Source: Myxococcota bacterium
Lineage (GTDB): Bacteria; Myxococcota_A; Polyangia; Polyangiales; Sandaracinaceae
Assembly: GCA_036149055.1 (NCBI GenBank)
Contig: JAYZQJ010000107.1
Coordinates: 1-49,013 of the forward strand
DNA: 49,013 bases
Reading direction: 5' to 3'
Positions 1-10,144 of this stretch are shown piece by piece; position 1 is the stretch's first letter, and every line of letters begins with the position of its first letter. The notes below the pieces were generated by a model that worked only from the letters and a program-made list of their open reading frames with translations, ran no database searches and was not told where the DNA came from. A program made the position numbers and the translations under genes.

Positions 1-102
1 GCGCGGGCTGGCCGCCCGCGGCCGGGGGATGGGACGTGCGAGGGGCGGCAGTCCTGGCCGCACCTCGCACCAGGGCGACGGTAGGGTGAGCCCCGCGATA
101 TA

Positions 103-2820
103 GTGAGCCGCGCGATGGCTCCGCGACGCCGCACGATCCCGCTCCAGCACCGCTTGCCCAACGCGACCGCGACGCACGTCGGGCGGGAGGCCGAGCGGGC
201 CTGGCTGGCGGACGCGCTCGAGCGGACCCCGCTGGTCGTGGTGCGCGGGCCGGGAGGAATCGGCAAGACCTCTCTCGTGCTCCATACGCTCGCCACCTGC
301 TTCAAGGACATGCGGCGGCGCACGCTCTACCTGCCGATCCCGCCGGACGAGCCCGCCGATCAGGTCCGTATCGATCTGGCGCACCTCCTGGCCGCGGCGA
401 GCGGCGCGCGGGACTCCGCGGAGATCGCCGGCCTCGGGGGCGATCCGGAGGAGCTGGTCGCGCTCGCCCTCGACCTGGCGGAGGAGGGCCCGTTCTGGGT
501 GGTGATCGACGATCTCCAGCACAGCGACCTGGACGAGATGGGGGAGCTCGCGCGGCAGCTCGCGTCGTACGCGCACGAGTCGCGCTGGATCGTCACGACG
601 CGCGCGCTCCGGGACGACGACGCGCTCGAGGGGAGGGTGCTGGACCTCGACCGGATGGCGCCCGGCGCGCTCGCGGAGCTCGCCCGCGCCCTCGCGCCGG
701 AGCACCCCGATCCGCACGCGGCGGTGGGCGCCTGCGCCGGCTCGCCCTGGCTGCTGAAGCAGTACCTCGCCACCGGCGCCTCGGGGCTGGCGCTCACCCG
801 CGCGGGCATCCTCGAGGGGCTCTCGGGCGCGGCGCGCGAGCTGCTGCGCACCCTGGTGATCCTCGGCGCGGCGACCCCCGCGGAGACCCTGGCCTCGCTC
901 GTCGCGCTTCCTCCGCCGCCCGAGCTCGAGGCCCTCGCGCGCCGCGGGCTGCTCCTCTCCAGCGGCGCGGGCTACGAGGTGCACGACCAGGTCGCCGAGC
1001 TGCTCTTCCCGCCCGCCGCGCGGCCCGAGGAGGCTCCGCTGCGGGAAAGGCTGGCGCGCGCGCTCGGCGCCCTCGGGGACCCGGACTCGGTGCTCCAGGC
1101 GGCGCGGCTCCTCCGGAGCAACGGCGCCGTGCCCGAGCTGGTCGATCTCCTGGACCAGCACGGGCACGAGCTGCTCGCGGCCGGGCAGGCGCCGCGCGTC
1201 TGGGCGGTGATCGCCGAGCTCACCGATCCGAGGCTCGGGCTGTGGAAGCTTCGTTGCGCGACCGAGCTCGGCAACTCCACCGTGCTCGCCGCGGTCAGCG
1301 CGCCCGCCGATCGCTCGCCATCCGACGCCCTCGCGTGGGCGACGGCGCAGCTGCTGCTCGGCGACGCGACCGAAGCGCAGCGGCTGGCCCAGGAGATCGC
1401 GGCCGAGACGGAGGACGAGGGCCTGCGCGTCGAGGCGGGGCTGCTCTCGGCGCGCGTCGACCTGATGATGGAGCGACCGGAGCGCGCGGCCGCGACGCTG
1501 GCGGGGCTGCGCCCGACGCCGGCCCACGCCTTCCGGGTGGAGGCGGCGCGCTGTCACCTCGAGGCGCGCACGTCGGTCCCCGGCGCGCACACCCGGATCG
1601 CCGGGCTGCTCGCCGCCGCCGGCGCCGACCCCGAGGGGCTGCTCGACCTCGCGCACGCGCAGCGGCTGCTCGGTGATCGAGAGGGCGCCGACCTGGTGGT
1701 GGGGCGCGTGCTGGCGAGCCCGCGCGGGGGGCGCACCTCGCTGCTGGTCGCGCGCCGGGCCGCGCTCCTCCGCGCGCGGCTGCGCCTCGACGCGGGCGAC
1801 CTCCCGGAGACCGAGCGGCAGCTCGAGCGGGTCCGCCCCTTCGTGCGCGGCCTCTCCGTGCTGCGGCCGTCGGTCATCGCGCTCGACGTGGAGCGGCGGC
1901 TCGCCCAGGGCGATCACGAGCACCTGGAGGCGGTCCTCGAGCGGGGCCTCGATCTGGCGCAGACCGCGGACCTCGGCGCGCACCGGGCGCTCGAGGCGCT
2001 CTCCGCCGAGCTGCGCCGCCGTCGCGGAGGAGGGGAGGGCGACCCGTCCGACCCGCTCGCGGAGGCGCGCGCCTGGACCGGCGCCGGGCAGGCCGAGCGC
2101 GCGGTCGACGCCGCCCAGACGCTCCGTCGCCGCGCCTCGAACGACGGGCTGCGGGTCCGAGCGCTCGAGGCGTCGATCGTGGTGGGCGAGGCGCTGCTCG
2201 CCTCCGGGCGACGGGCCGAGCTCGCCGAGGTCGTGGCCGCGCTCGAAACCCTCGCCGAGGCGCTCGGCTCGGCCCGCGCGGCGCAGCACGCGGCGTTCTT
2301 CGAGGGCTTCGACCGGGTGGCCACCCTCGAGCGTCTGGCCCGCGACGCGGAGATCGCCCCGGTCGTCGCCCGCCGCTGTCGCGCGCTCCTCGGGGCCGAG
2401 GCCCGGCTCGACGTGGTCGATCACGCGATCGTCCAGGCGGCGAGCGAGGCGTGGCGCGGGCGCGCGATCTCGATGGTGGTGACCGGAGCGGCGGTCGGCT
2501 GGTCCGCGGCGTGGGGGCTCGACGCCAGCCGACAGACGATCTGGTTGCCGGACGGTCGCGAGATCTCCCTGCAGCGCAAGCCGCTCCTCTGGCGGATCCT
2601 CGAGACGCTGGCGGCGCGCGGCGGCGCGGCGGGCAAGGAGGAGCTAGTGCTCGAGGCGTGGGGCGAGGCCGACTATCACCCCGGCCGGCACGACGGGAAG
2701 CTCCACGTCGCCATCCGCACCCTCCGTCGCGCCCTCGAAGAGGACGCCTCCCAGCCGACCCGGCTGCTCACCGTGGAGGACGGCTACCGCCTCGGGGGCA
2801 CCGTCCGGAGGGTCAGCTAA
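103..2820 (+). CDS. STAND/AAA ATPase transcriptional regulator with C-terminal OmpR-type winged helix
   Basis: VGREAE plus Walker A GPGGIGKT, Walker B VVIDD, helical middle region, C-terminal 'LWRILETLA...KEELVLEAWG...LHVAIRTLRRALE...DGYRL'. Start may be the ATG at 115. Confidence 0.8.
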   Translation: MSRAMAPRRRTIPLQHRLPNATATHVGREAERAWLADALERTPLVVVRGPGGIGKTSLVLHTLATCFKDMRRRTLYLPIPPDEPADQVRIDLAHLLAAASGARDSAEIAGLGGDPEELVALALDLAEEGPFWVVIDDLQHSDLDEMGELARQLASYAHESRWIVTTRALRDDDALEGRVLDLDRMAPGALAELARALAPEHPDPHAAVGACAGSPWLLKQYLATGASGLALTRAGILEGLSGAARELLRTLVILGAATPAETLASLVALPPPPELEALARRGLLLSSGAGYEVHDQVAELLFPPAARPEEAPLRERLARALGALGDPDSVLQAARLLRSNGAVPELVDLLDQHGHELLAAGQAPRVWAVIAELTDPRLGLWKLRCATELGNSTVLAAVSAPADRSPSDALAWATAQLLLGDATEAQRLAQEIAAETEDEGLRVEAGLLSARVDLMMERPERAAATLAGLRPTPAHAFRVEAARCHLEARTSVPGAHTRIAGLLAAAGADPEGLLDLAHAQRLLGDREGADLVVGRVLASPRGGRTSLLVARRAALLRARLRLDAGDLPETERQLERVRPFVRGLSVLRPSVIALDVERRLAQGDHEHLEAVLERGLDLAQTADLGAHRALEALSAELRRRRGGGEGDPSDPLAEARAWTGAGQAERAVDAAQTLRRRASNDGLRVRALEASIVVGEALLASGRRAELAEVVAALETLAEALGSARAAQHAAFFEGFDRVATLERLARDAEIAPVVARRCRALLGAEARLDVVDHAIVQAASEAWRGRAISMVVTGAAVGWSAAWGLDASRQTIWLPDGREISLQRKPLLWRILETLAARGGAAGKEELVLEAWGEADYHPGRHDGKLHVAIRTLRRALEEDASQPTRLLTVEDGYRLGGTVRRVS

Positions 2821-2886
2821 GCGCGCCTCAGCGGACCTCATGACGCTCGCCGCCGCGCCCGCGATAGGACGACGGTGGGAGGCCTC

Positions 2887-4380
2887 ATGAGAGCAGCGAC
2901 AGCGATCCTCTTCGTGTTCTTCGCCGGCTGCGTGGGCGAGCTCGCCGGGCCGGCGTCGAGCGGCGCGCCGGCGGACCTCGCGGTCGAGGCGATCACCGAC
3001 TCGAGCGCGCGCCTGCGATGGCGCGACACGAGCGACGACGAGGACGCGTTCCTCGTCGAGCTCCGGGGCCCGGACGACGCGCGCTGGATCGAGGTCGCGA
3101 CGGTGGAGGCCGGCGGCGTGACTCACCGGCTCACGGGCCTCGCGTCGGCCACCGAGTACCGCGGGCAGGTCCTGGCCCGGAGCGAGATGGGCGTCTCCCC
3201 GCCGAGCAACGTGGTGGTGTTCGTCACCGCCCCGGCGCCGCGTGTCGATCCCCCGCCGCCCCCCGGCCTGGAGCTGCCGAGCGCGCCCGAGGGCTTCGTG
3301 GTCGCCGACGTGACGCGCACCGGCGCGATCGCGACCTGGACCGACACGAGCGACGACGAGGACCGCTTCTCGATCGAAGCCTGGGACGGAGCGAGCGGCC
3401 GCTGGATCGAGGTCGCCGCGCCCGAGGCCGACGCGACGCGCTGGGTTCTCGACGGGCTGACGCCGGGCACCGAGCACGGGATGCGCGTCTCGGCATACAA
3501 CGCCGCCGGCCAGTCCGACGTCTCGAACGAGCAGTGGTTCACCACCCTCGCCGAGGGCCCGTCCTGCGGCGACGGAACCTGCGCCCCGGGTGAAGGCTGC
3601 GGCGACTGCGAGGCGGACTGTGGCGCCTGCCCGCCGACGGGCGGAGACTGGCTGCACCTCACCGGCGGGGCCGACTTCGAGGTCACCGACGACTTCGAGG
3701 GCGCCGCCGGCAGCTTCTGGGGGCACGGCGCCTGGACCCGGCGCGGGCCCTGCGAGTCGGACCCGGCCGCGGTCGGGAGCGCGCTCAACTTCCGCTTCCA
3801 GCCCGACCCCAGCGGCGACGCGATGAGCGAGCAGCGCTTCGGCTTCCCGCGCTCGGTGCAGGTCGAGATGCGATACCGCATCTTCGTGCCGCCGAACTAC
3901 CGCCACCGCGACGCCCGCGGATCCGACAACAACAAGGGCCTGTTCATGTTCTGGAGCGGGCCCTACACCGCGGCGAACTTCGCCTGCCACGCGGAGCACT
4001 GGCGCACCCCGGGGGGCAGCCAGCCGAGCCTCCACTGCTACTACGCGGGCCGCGACTACGGGCACAGCTACCCGGGCGGCCGCACCTTCGAGACCGAGGA
4101 CGGCGGCTGGCACGACGTGCGCGTCTTCTTCGAGCTCGCCGAGCGCGAGGGCGACTTCGGCCGGGTCATCGCCTACTGGGACGGCGCCGTGATCCTCGAC
4201 AACGAGACCGCGCCCGCCTCCGGAGGCCTCGACGACTGGCGCCGCGCCATCCCCCATCGAGGCGCGGTGAACTTCCTCGACCAGGGCTACCTGCTCGGCT
4301 GGTCCAACTCCGGCTACGACGAGCTCACCGTGTTCTGCGTCGACGACTTCGCGCTCCGGGCCAACGCCACCCACCGCTGA
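2887..4380 (+). CDS. Lipoprotein with two fibronectin type III domains, a Cys-rich linker and a C-terminal beta-sandwich (lectin/lyase-like) domain
   Basis: GGGAGG RBS before ATG 2887, lipobox FAGC, two FN3-like repeats (WxDTSDDEDxF...L.GL...TE), CGDGTC myxobacterial Cys motif, aromatic-rich C-terminal domain. Confidence 0.75.
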   Translation: MRAATAILFVFFAGCVGELAGPASSGAPADLAVEAITDSSARLRWRDTSDDEDAFLVELRGPDDARWIEVATVEAGGVTHRLTGLASATEYRGQVLARSEMGVSPPSNVVVFVTAPAPRVDPPPPPGLELPSAPEGFVVADVTRTGAIATWTDTSDDEDRFSIEAWDGASGRWIEVAAPEADATRWVLDGLTPGTEHGMRVSAYNAAGQSDVSNEQWFTTLAEGPSCGDGTCAPGEGCGDCEADCGACPPTGGDWLHLTGGADFEVTDDFEGAAGSFWGHGAWTRRGPCESDPAAVGSALNFRFQPDPSGDAMSEQRFGFPRSVQVEMRYRIFVPPNYRHRDARGSDNNKGLFMFWSGPYTAANFACHAEHWRTPGGSQPSLHCYYAGRDYGHSYPGGRTFETEDGGWHDVRVFFELAEREGDFGRVIAYWDGAVILDNETAPASGGLDDWRRAIPHRGAVNFLDQGYLLGWSNSGYDELTVFCVDDFALRANATHR

Positions 4381-4398
4381 TGGCGTACCCTGGGGGGC

Positions 4399-7300
4399 GT
4401 GAGCCGTCTGGTCGCCGATCGCTTCGAGGTGGAGGCGCAGGTCTCGGAGGGCGGAGGCATGGCCCACCTCGCGCGGGCGCTCGACCGGGAGACGGGGCGG
4501 AGGGTGGCGCTCAAGACCTCGCGCCGCGGGGCCCCGAAGCTCGAGGCGCGCCTGGAGCGCGAGGCGGAGCTGCTCGCCCAGCTCCGGCACCCGGGGATCG
4601 TCGCGCACGTGGCCCACGGTCGGACCGGGAGCGGGCGGCTCTTCCTCGCGATGGAGTGGCTCGAGGGCGAGGACCTCGCGACGCGGCTCGCGCGCGGCCG
4701 GCTCCCCCCGGGCGAGGCCCTCGTCATCGCGCGGCAGGCGGCGGAGGCGCTCGCGCACGTGCACGCGGCCGGCGTGATCCACCGCGACGTGAAGCCCGCG
4801 AACCTCTTCCTGCCGGGGCGCCGGGTCGACGCGGTGAAGCTGCTCGACTTCGGCGTCGCGACCACCGCCGGCGGCGGAGAGACGCCGGGCTTCGTGGGCA
4901 CGCCCGGCTACCTCGCCCCCGAGCAGGCGCGCAACGAGCCCGAGATCGACGCCGCCGCCGACGTCTTCGCGCTCGGCGTGGTGCTCTACGAGTGCCTCAC
5001 CGGCATGCCGGCCTACGCGGGCTCGAACGTGATGGCGCTGGTCGCGAAGGCCGCGCTCTCGGAGCCGCCGCGGCTCGAGGTCGAGCGCCCGGATCTGCCC
5101 GGCGTCGCCGCGGCGCTCGCCCGCATGCTCGCCCCCGATCCCACCGCGCGCTTCCGAGACGGGGACGAGGCGGCGCGGGCGCTGCGGTCCCTGGAGTCGG
5201 GCGAGGTGCGGCCCTCGCTGCGGCCGCCGAGCCCGCCGCCGCGGCTCGGCACGGATGAGCGCGCGATCACCAGCGTCATCGTCGTCGGGTCGGGGCTCGC
5301 GGAGCTCGGCTCGACCCTCGCCACCCGTCAGCTCGAGGTGCCGCCGGCGGTGTGGCCCGCGATCGAGGCGGCGGACGCGCGCGTGCAGGAGCTGGTGGAC
5401 GGATCGCTCCTGGTGACCGTGCGCTCTGCGCGGGCAGCGGAGGCGGCCGCGCGCCTCGCCCTCGATCTCCGGGGCGAGCTGCCGGGCGAGGCCATCGCCG
5501 TGGTGACCGGCATGGCGCCGGTCGGCGACCGGGGCGCGGTCGGGCCGCTCATCGACCGGGCGACCGGGCTGCTCGAGGGGGCGCCCCTCGAGGGCGTGCG
5601 GATCGACGCGCTGACCGCGGAGCTCGTCCGGTCGCGGGTGCGGGTGCGCGAGGGCGAGCACGGCCTGGAGCTGGTCGAGGGCGCGGTGACCGACGGAGGC
5701 CCGACCCTGCGGGGGCGCGACGCGGAGCTGCGCCGGCTCGAGGGCGCGCTCGCGGCGTGCGTCTCTCGGAGAGAGCCGGCGACGGTCTCGGTGGTCGGGC
5801 CCCCGGGCGCTGGCAAGTCCACCCTCGTCGACGCGCTCGCGAGCCGCGCCCGCGAGCGCTTCGGCGCCCGGGTGGTGCGCGTGCACGGCGACCCGATCGA
5901 GGGCGAGCAGCCCTTCCGCGTGCTCGCGGCCCTGCTGCGGGACGCGATCGGGGTCCGGCGGCGTGACCCTCCCTCCCGGCGCCGCGCCCGGCTGCGCGAC
6001 GCGCTCGCCGGCGACGTCGAGCCGGAAGACCTCGCGCCCGCGCTCGCGTTCGGCGCCGAGCTCATCGGGGCGCCGCTCGTGGACGGCGAGGCGACCGACT
6101 CGCTCCGGGCCGCGCGCATGGACGAGGCGCTGATGGCCGCGCCGATGCAGGAGACCTTCGAGCGCTGGCTGGCCGCGGAGTCGGCGCGCGCGCCGGTGCT
6201 GATCGTGGTCGACGACGCGCACCACGCCGATCGCGCGTCGCTCCGGGCGCTCGCGCACGCGGTCGGCGCGAGCCGCGGGCCCTGGCTCTTCGTGCCGGTC
6301 GCCCGCGCGCCGGCGCCCGATCCGGTGGCGCGCGAGGGCGCCGAGGTCCTCGCGCTCGGGCCGCTCGACGAGGCCTCGCCTGCGGGCGCGCTCGCCTCGA
6401 CCCAGGCGCGCCTCGCCTCCCTGCCAGGCGAGCTGCGCAGGGTCCTCCGCGCGGCGTCGGTGTTCGGCAACGCCTTCCGCGCGGAGGGGCTGAGCCCGCT
6501 CGTGCCCGACCTGGCCCCGGTCGACGGCGCGGCCCAGGCGCTGGTGGGCCTCGGCCTGATCGCGCCGCTCGAGCGCGACGGCGTGCGGGTCCGCGGCGCC
6601 TACGCCTTCGCCTCGGGGCTCGTGCGAGAGGCGGCCTACGACACGTTCACCGACGATGATCGACGCGCCGCCCACGGGCTGGCCGCGCGCTGGCTGGCGG
6701 AGCGCGAGGACGCGGGACCGCGGGCGCTCGCGGAGCACTGGGAGCGCGCCGGCGACGTGGGGCGCGCGCTCGAGCACCTGCTCGCCGCCGCGAGCCGCGC
6801 CCTCGAGGCGCACGACTACGAGCAGGTCCTCGCCCTCACGCGCCGCGGGGAGGCCTGGGGCGCGGAGGGCACGTTGGCCGGAGCCCTCGCGCGCCGGGCC
6901 GCGGACGCGCACCACGCCCGGGGGGAACTGCGCGAGAGCGTCGCGATGGCCCGGCGTGCGATGGAGTCGCTGCCGGAGCGCTCGGACGACTGGTTCGCCG
7001 CCGCCTCGGCGAGGATGCGCGCGGCCTGCGTGCTCGGGCTGCCGGAGGGCTTCGAGGTCGCCGAGCAGCTCGCGTCGATGGAGCCCGAGCCCCATCAGCG
7101 GGTGCCGCTCGTGCTCGCGCTCGCCGCCGGCTCTCGCTTCCTCACCGCGCGCGGCCGCTACGAGCTGTCGGCGGTGCTCTTCGAGCGGGTGGAGAGCCTC
7201 GCGTCCGCCCTGCACGCCCACGGGCCCTACGTCGACGCCTGGATCCAGAGCACCCGGGCGACCGCCTCGCACCGGGCCGGGGACCTCGACGCGTTCCGAC

Positions 7301-8019
7301 GTCACATGATCGAGGCGCTCGACGGCTTCACCGCGATCCGCGACCTCGAGTCCGAGGCGGTGCACCGGGTCAACCTCGCGCACGCCCACAATGAGCTCGG
7401 CGCGCCCGACGACGCGGAGCGGGAGCTGACCCGGGCGCTCGACCTCGCCGAGGCCCGGGGCATGGAGCGGCTCGCGGCCGCCGCCCTGATGAACCTCGGC
7501 GCCACCCACCTCCACAAGGGCCAGCCGGCGGACGCGATCCCGCTCCTCCTCTGGGCCGAGGAGCGCTTCGACGAGACCGGCGACGATCGGCTCGTGGGCG
7601 CCTGCCGGCACTATCGCTCCAAGGCGCTGCTGCGGGCCGGCCGCCACGACGACGCCGAGCGCGCCGCCGAGGCCGCGCTCGAGAGCCTCGCCGCCGTGCC
7701 GCCGCTCCGCGCCCCGGCCCGGGCTCAGCTCGCGGCGGTGCGGCTCGAGCGGGGCGACGTGGCGGCCGCGCGCGAGATCGCGGAGCGGGCGTTCGAGGAG
7801 CTGAAGGACCTCGGCCACGCGGAGCTCGACGAGGAGCTCGTGCTGCTCACCCGGGCCCGGGTCCTCGCGGCGTGCGGCGAGGCGCTGCTGGCCCGGCACA
7901 CCGTGCTCCTCGCGGTGAAGGAGCTCGAGGAGCGCGCGGCGCGGATCCGCGACGAGGCAGCGCGCGCCGCCTTCCTCTCGGCGCGCCCCGAGCGGGTCGC
8001 CCTCCTCGCGCTGCGGTGA
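4399..8019 (+). CDS. Ser/Thr protein kinase - degenerate cyclase-like region - AAA ATPase - TPR protein
   Basis: VALK, HRDVKPAN, DFG, GTPGYLAPE kinase motifs; Walker A GPPGAGKS; VVDD; TPR-like helices at the C-terminus. Confidence 0.9.
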   Translation: MSRLVADRFEVEAQVSEGGGMAHLARALDRETGRRVALKTSRRGAPKLEARLEREAELLAQLRHPGIVAHVAHGRTGSGRLFLAMEWLEGEDLATRLARGRLPPGEALVIARQAAEALAHVHAAGVIHRDVKPANLFLPGRRVDAVKLLDFGVATTAGGGETPGFVGTPGYLAPEQARNEPEIDAAADVFALGVVLYECLTGMPAYAGSNVMALVAKAALSEPPRLEVERPDLPGVAAALARMLAPDPTARFRDGDEAARALRSLESGEVRPSLRPPSPPPRLGTDERAITSVIVVGSGLAELGSTLATRQLEVPPAVWPAIEAADARVQELVDGSLLVTVRSARAAEAAARLALDLRGELPGEAIAVVTGMAPVGDRGAVGPLIDRATGLLEGAPLEGVRIDALTAELVRSRVRVREGEHGLELVEGAVTDGGPTLRGRDAELRRLEGALAACVSRREPATVSVVGPPGAGKSTLVDALASRARERFGARVVRVHGDPIEGEQPFRVLAALLRDAIGVRRRDPPSRRRARLRDALAGDVEPEDLAPALAFGAELIGAPLVDGEATDSLRAARMDEALMAAPMQETFERWLAAESARAPVLIVVDDAHHADRASLRALAHAVGASRGPWLFVPVARAPAPDPVAREGAEVLALGPLDEASPAGALASTQARLASLPGELRRVLRAASVFGNAFRAEGLSPLVPDLAPVDGAAQALVGLGLIAPLERDGVRVRGAYAFASGLVREAAYDTFTDDDRRAAHGLAARWLAEREDAGPRALAEHWERAGDVGRALEHLLAAASRALEAHDYEQVLALTRRGEAWGAEGTLAGALARRAADAHHARGELRESVAMARRAMESLPERSDDWFAAASARMRAACVLGLPEGFEVAEQLASMEPEPHQRVPLVLALAAGSRFLTARGRYELSAVLFERVESLASALHAHGPYVDAWIQSTRATASHRAGDLDAFRRHMIEALDGFTAIRDLESEAVHRVNLAHAHNELGAPDDAERELTRALDLAEARGMERLAAAALMNLGATHLHKGQPADAIPLLLWAEERFDETGDDRLVGACRHYRSKALLRAGRHDDAERAAEAALESLAAVPPLRAPARAQLAAVRLERGDVAAAREIAERAFEELKDLGHAELDEELVLLTRARVLAACGEALLARHTVLLAVKELEERAARIRDEAARAAFLSARPERVALLALR

Positions 8020-8210
8020 GAGCGTCGCGCCGACTCCTCGCCGCCCCTCGCGCTCGTCTCGAGGTGCATGCCGACCCAGGCGCACGCCCGGGCCTCCCCC
8101 CGCTCACAGCTCTCGGTGCACTGGGCGAGCGACTCGCGCCCCCGCTCGGGGCAGCCGTGGTCGCCGCACGCTCCGGCGAGCAGCGGCAGGAGGAGGAGCG
8201 CAGCCCTCAC
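7725..8210 (-). pseudogene. Possible truncated Sel1-like repeat lipoprotein
   Basis: GTG overlaps the stop of the upstream lipoprotein (GTGA). Lipobox LAGAC and 'CERGEARAC' Sel1-like motif, after which the frame runs antisense into the kinase 3' end. Confidence 0.35.
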
Positions 8211-8494
8211 GGGCAGCCGAACTGGTACGGGCAGCTCTCCATGACCTGGACCTCGCCGGGGCACTGGGCCGCCATCTCCTGGCACTGGGCGAAGGCGGTC
8301 TCGTTCATGCAGCCGTCGGTCGGGGCGTAGCCCTCGCAGGTCTCGGCCGCGGCGGGCGTCTCCTCGGCGGGGGTCTCCGCGGCGGGCGGCGCCTCGGCGC
8401 CGGTCGAGTCGGGCTCGCTGCTCGGCGGGGGATCCTCGCTCCCGCCGCACGCCATCAGGGTCACCAGCGCCAACGTCGTCAGGAAGCCACGCAT
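8207..8494 (-). CDS. Small Cys-containing lipoprotein
   Basis: MRGFLTTLALVTLMAC lipobox, Pro/Ala/Glu linker, six-Cys C-terminal domain. Confidence 0.75.
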   Translation of the reverse strand: MRGFLTTLALVTLMACGGSEDPPPSSEPDSTGAEAPPAAETPAEETPAAAETCEGYAPTDGCMNETAFAQCQEMAAQCPGEVQVMESCPYQFGCP

Positions 8495-8504
8495 CGGGAG
8501 CACC

Positions 8505-8828
8505 TCATTCGAAATGGACGATCTCGCCGCCCTCGACCACCCGGCCGGAGGCGATCATGGAGGTCATCACCATGACGCGGTCGGGCGCCGCGTCCAGCCC
8601 CTCCGCGAGCGCGCGCGCCAGGCCGAGCTGCAGGCGATCGACCGCCTCGTCCGACCACACGGTGGGCAGGCTCAGCCAGGCGATCGCGTCGTACGGGCGG
8701 CCCTGCTGGGCGTCGACCCGGACCAGCTGGAGCGTCATGTGCTCGGGGCCGACGCCGGCGTGGCGCGACCACGCGGTCACGAGATCGGCGTCCGGGAGGT
8801 GAGTGACGAGGCATCTCGCGATCGGCAT
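8505..8828 (-). CDS. Tautomerase/MIF-superfamily-like small protein
   Basis: Starts MPIARC (Pro-1), 107 aa, ends '...LARALAEGLDAAPDRVMVM' like tautomerase beta-alpha-beta units. Confidence 0.5.
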   Translation of the reverse strand: MPIARCLVTHLPDADLVTAWSRHAGVGPEHMTLQLVRVDAQQGRPYDAIAWLSLPTVWSDEAVDRLQLGLARALAEGLDAAPDRVMVMTSMIASGRVVEGGEIVHFE

Positions 8829-8871
8829 CGGCGAGACCGTACGCGGCGCGGGATGGTAGCGTCGAGGCGTC

Positions 8872-10041
8872 ATGCGTCCCTTCGTCGCGGCCTTGCTGCT
8901 GGCCGGGTGCGCCCCTGGCGGGCCGACCCTGCTGGTCGACGTGCGCACGGATCTGGTGCCCGGCCGCGAGTTCACGGCCGCGCGGGTCGAGGTCGCGGTG
9001 GAGGGCGAGGCGGGCTCTCGGTCGTTCGAGCGGGCGGCCGAGGAGAGCGACGACTACCTCGGCGGGCGGCGCGTGCTCGAGCTCGGGGTCGACCGCCCCG
9101 CGCCGCACGAGCTCGTCGCCACCCTGCTGGCCGCCGACGGTCGCCGGGTCGCGAGCCGCCGGGCCATCGTGGACGTCGACGCGGACATCGCCGTCACCCT
9201 CGTCTTGACCCGCAGCTGCCTCGGCGTCACCTGCCCGAGCGGGGGCGACCCGGCGGCGACCGAGTGCGTGGGCGGGGTGTGCGTGCGGCCGCGCTGCGTC
9301 GACGGCGGCGACGACTGCCCGGCCGCGGTCTGCGCCGACGACGGCGAGTGCGTGCCCGACCAGGACTGCGCGTCCGGGATCTGCGACGACAGCGGGGTGT
9401 GCTTCTTCGCCGAGCGCGCCGGCGCCTGCGGGCCCGAGGGCTGGTGTCACCCCGAGCTCGGCTGCCAGGGGACCGGCCCGGTCTGCGCCCCGATGACCGG
9501 CGACTGTGACGGCGAGCCGCTGAACGGCTGCGAGACGCCGCTCGACACCGAGGTGGACTGCGGTCGCTGCGGCGAGGCGTGTGCCCCGGATGGCGGGACC
9601 GGGGCGTGCCGCGGCGGCGACTGCGTGCTGTTCGCCTGCGACGCCGGCCGGAGCGACTGCGACGGCCTGGTGGAGAACGGCTGCGAGACCGAGGGCGACT
9701 GCGTGTGCATGGAGCCGCGGTGCACCTTCGACGGAAGCAGCGGCAATATTGCCGCAGCTTCCACGCGCGTGAGCGCGTGAGATGGGGTGGGAGCCCGAGC
9801 CGGCTTTGCCGGTCGGGCGGGAGGGGGCGCAGGCCCCCTCCGGAAATGCAGCGTCGGCTGCGACGTCTACTGCCCGGCCACCTCGAGCTGCACCCTCAAC
9901 TGCGCGGTCGGCGCGCCGTGCAGCATGACCGCCGAGCGGGACGCCCAGATCTCGGTCCGCTGCGGCGGCAACACCTTCTCCTCCCTCTGCGGCTCCGCGA
10001 CCTGCACCTACGCCTGCGACGACCGCTGCAACTGCGGTTGA
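8872..10041 (+). pseudogene. Cys-rich lipoprotein interrupted by an in-frame insertion carrying a TGA stop (9778-9780)
   Basis: Lipobox LLAGC, 'LLVDVRTDLVPGREF' N-terminal domain, GDCDG..NGCE repeats. ORFs 8872-9780 and 9787-10041 share a frame and both are Cys-rich; the intervening segment is Cys-free. Confidence 0.7.
9733..9846. repeat. Multi-hairpin REP/MITE-like insertion
   Basis: Palindrome GCGGCAATATTGCCGC; hairpins CACGCGC-GTGA-GCGCGTG, CCGGC-TTT-GCCGG and GGAGGGGGC-GCAG-GCCCCCTCC. Confidence 0.6.
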
Positions 10042-10144
10042 TCGAGCCGAGGGTGGGGTGGCGGATGGCGGTGGCGGGCGGTGGCGGATTCGCCGATCCC
10101 GCCACCCCTGACGGCGCGCTCGGTCCCGCCGCGGGGTCGGAACG

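Noticed and set aside
2644..8085. 1813-aa minus-strand ORF
   Set aside because: Antisense shadow of the FN3 and kinase genes; no motifs; expected in high-GC DNA.
9778..9840. In-frame TGA plus hairpin read as selenocysteine/SECIS
   Set aside because: The TGA is not at a Cys-pattern position and the flanking residues are not protein-like; an insertion explains it better.
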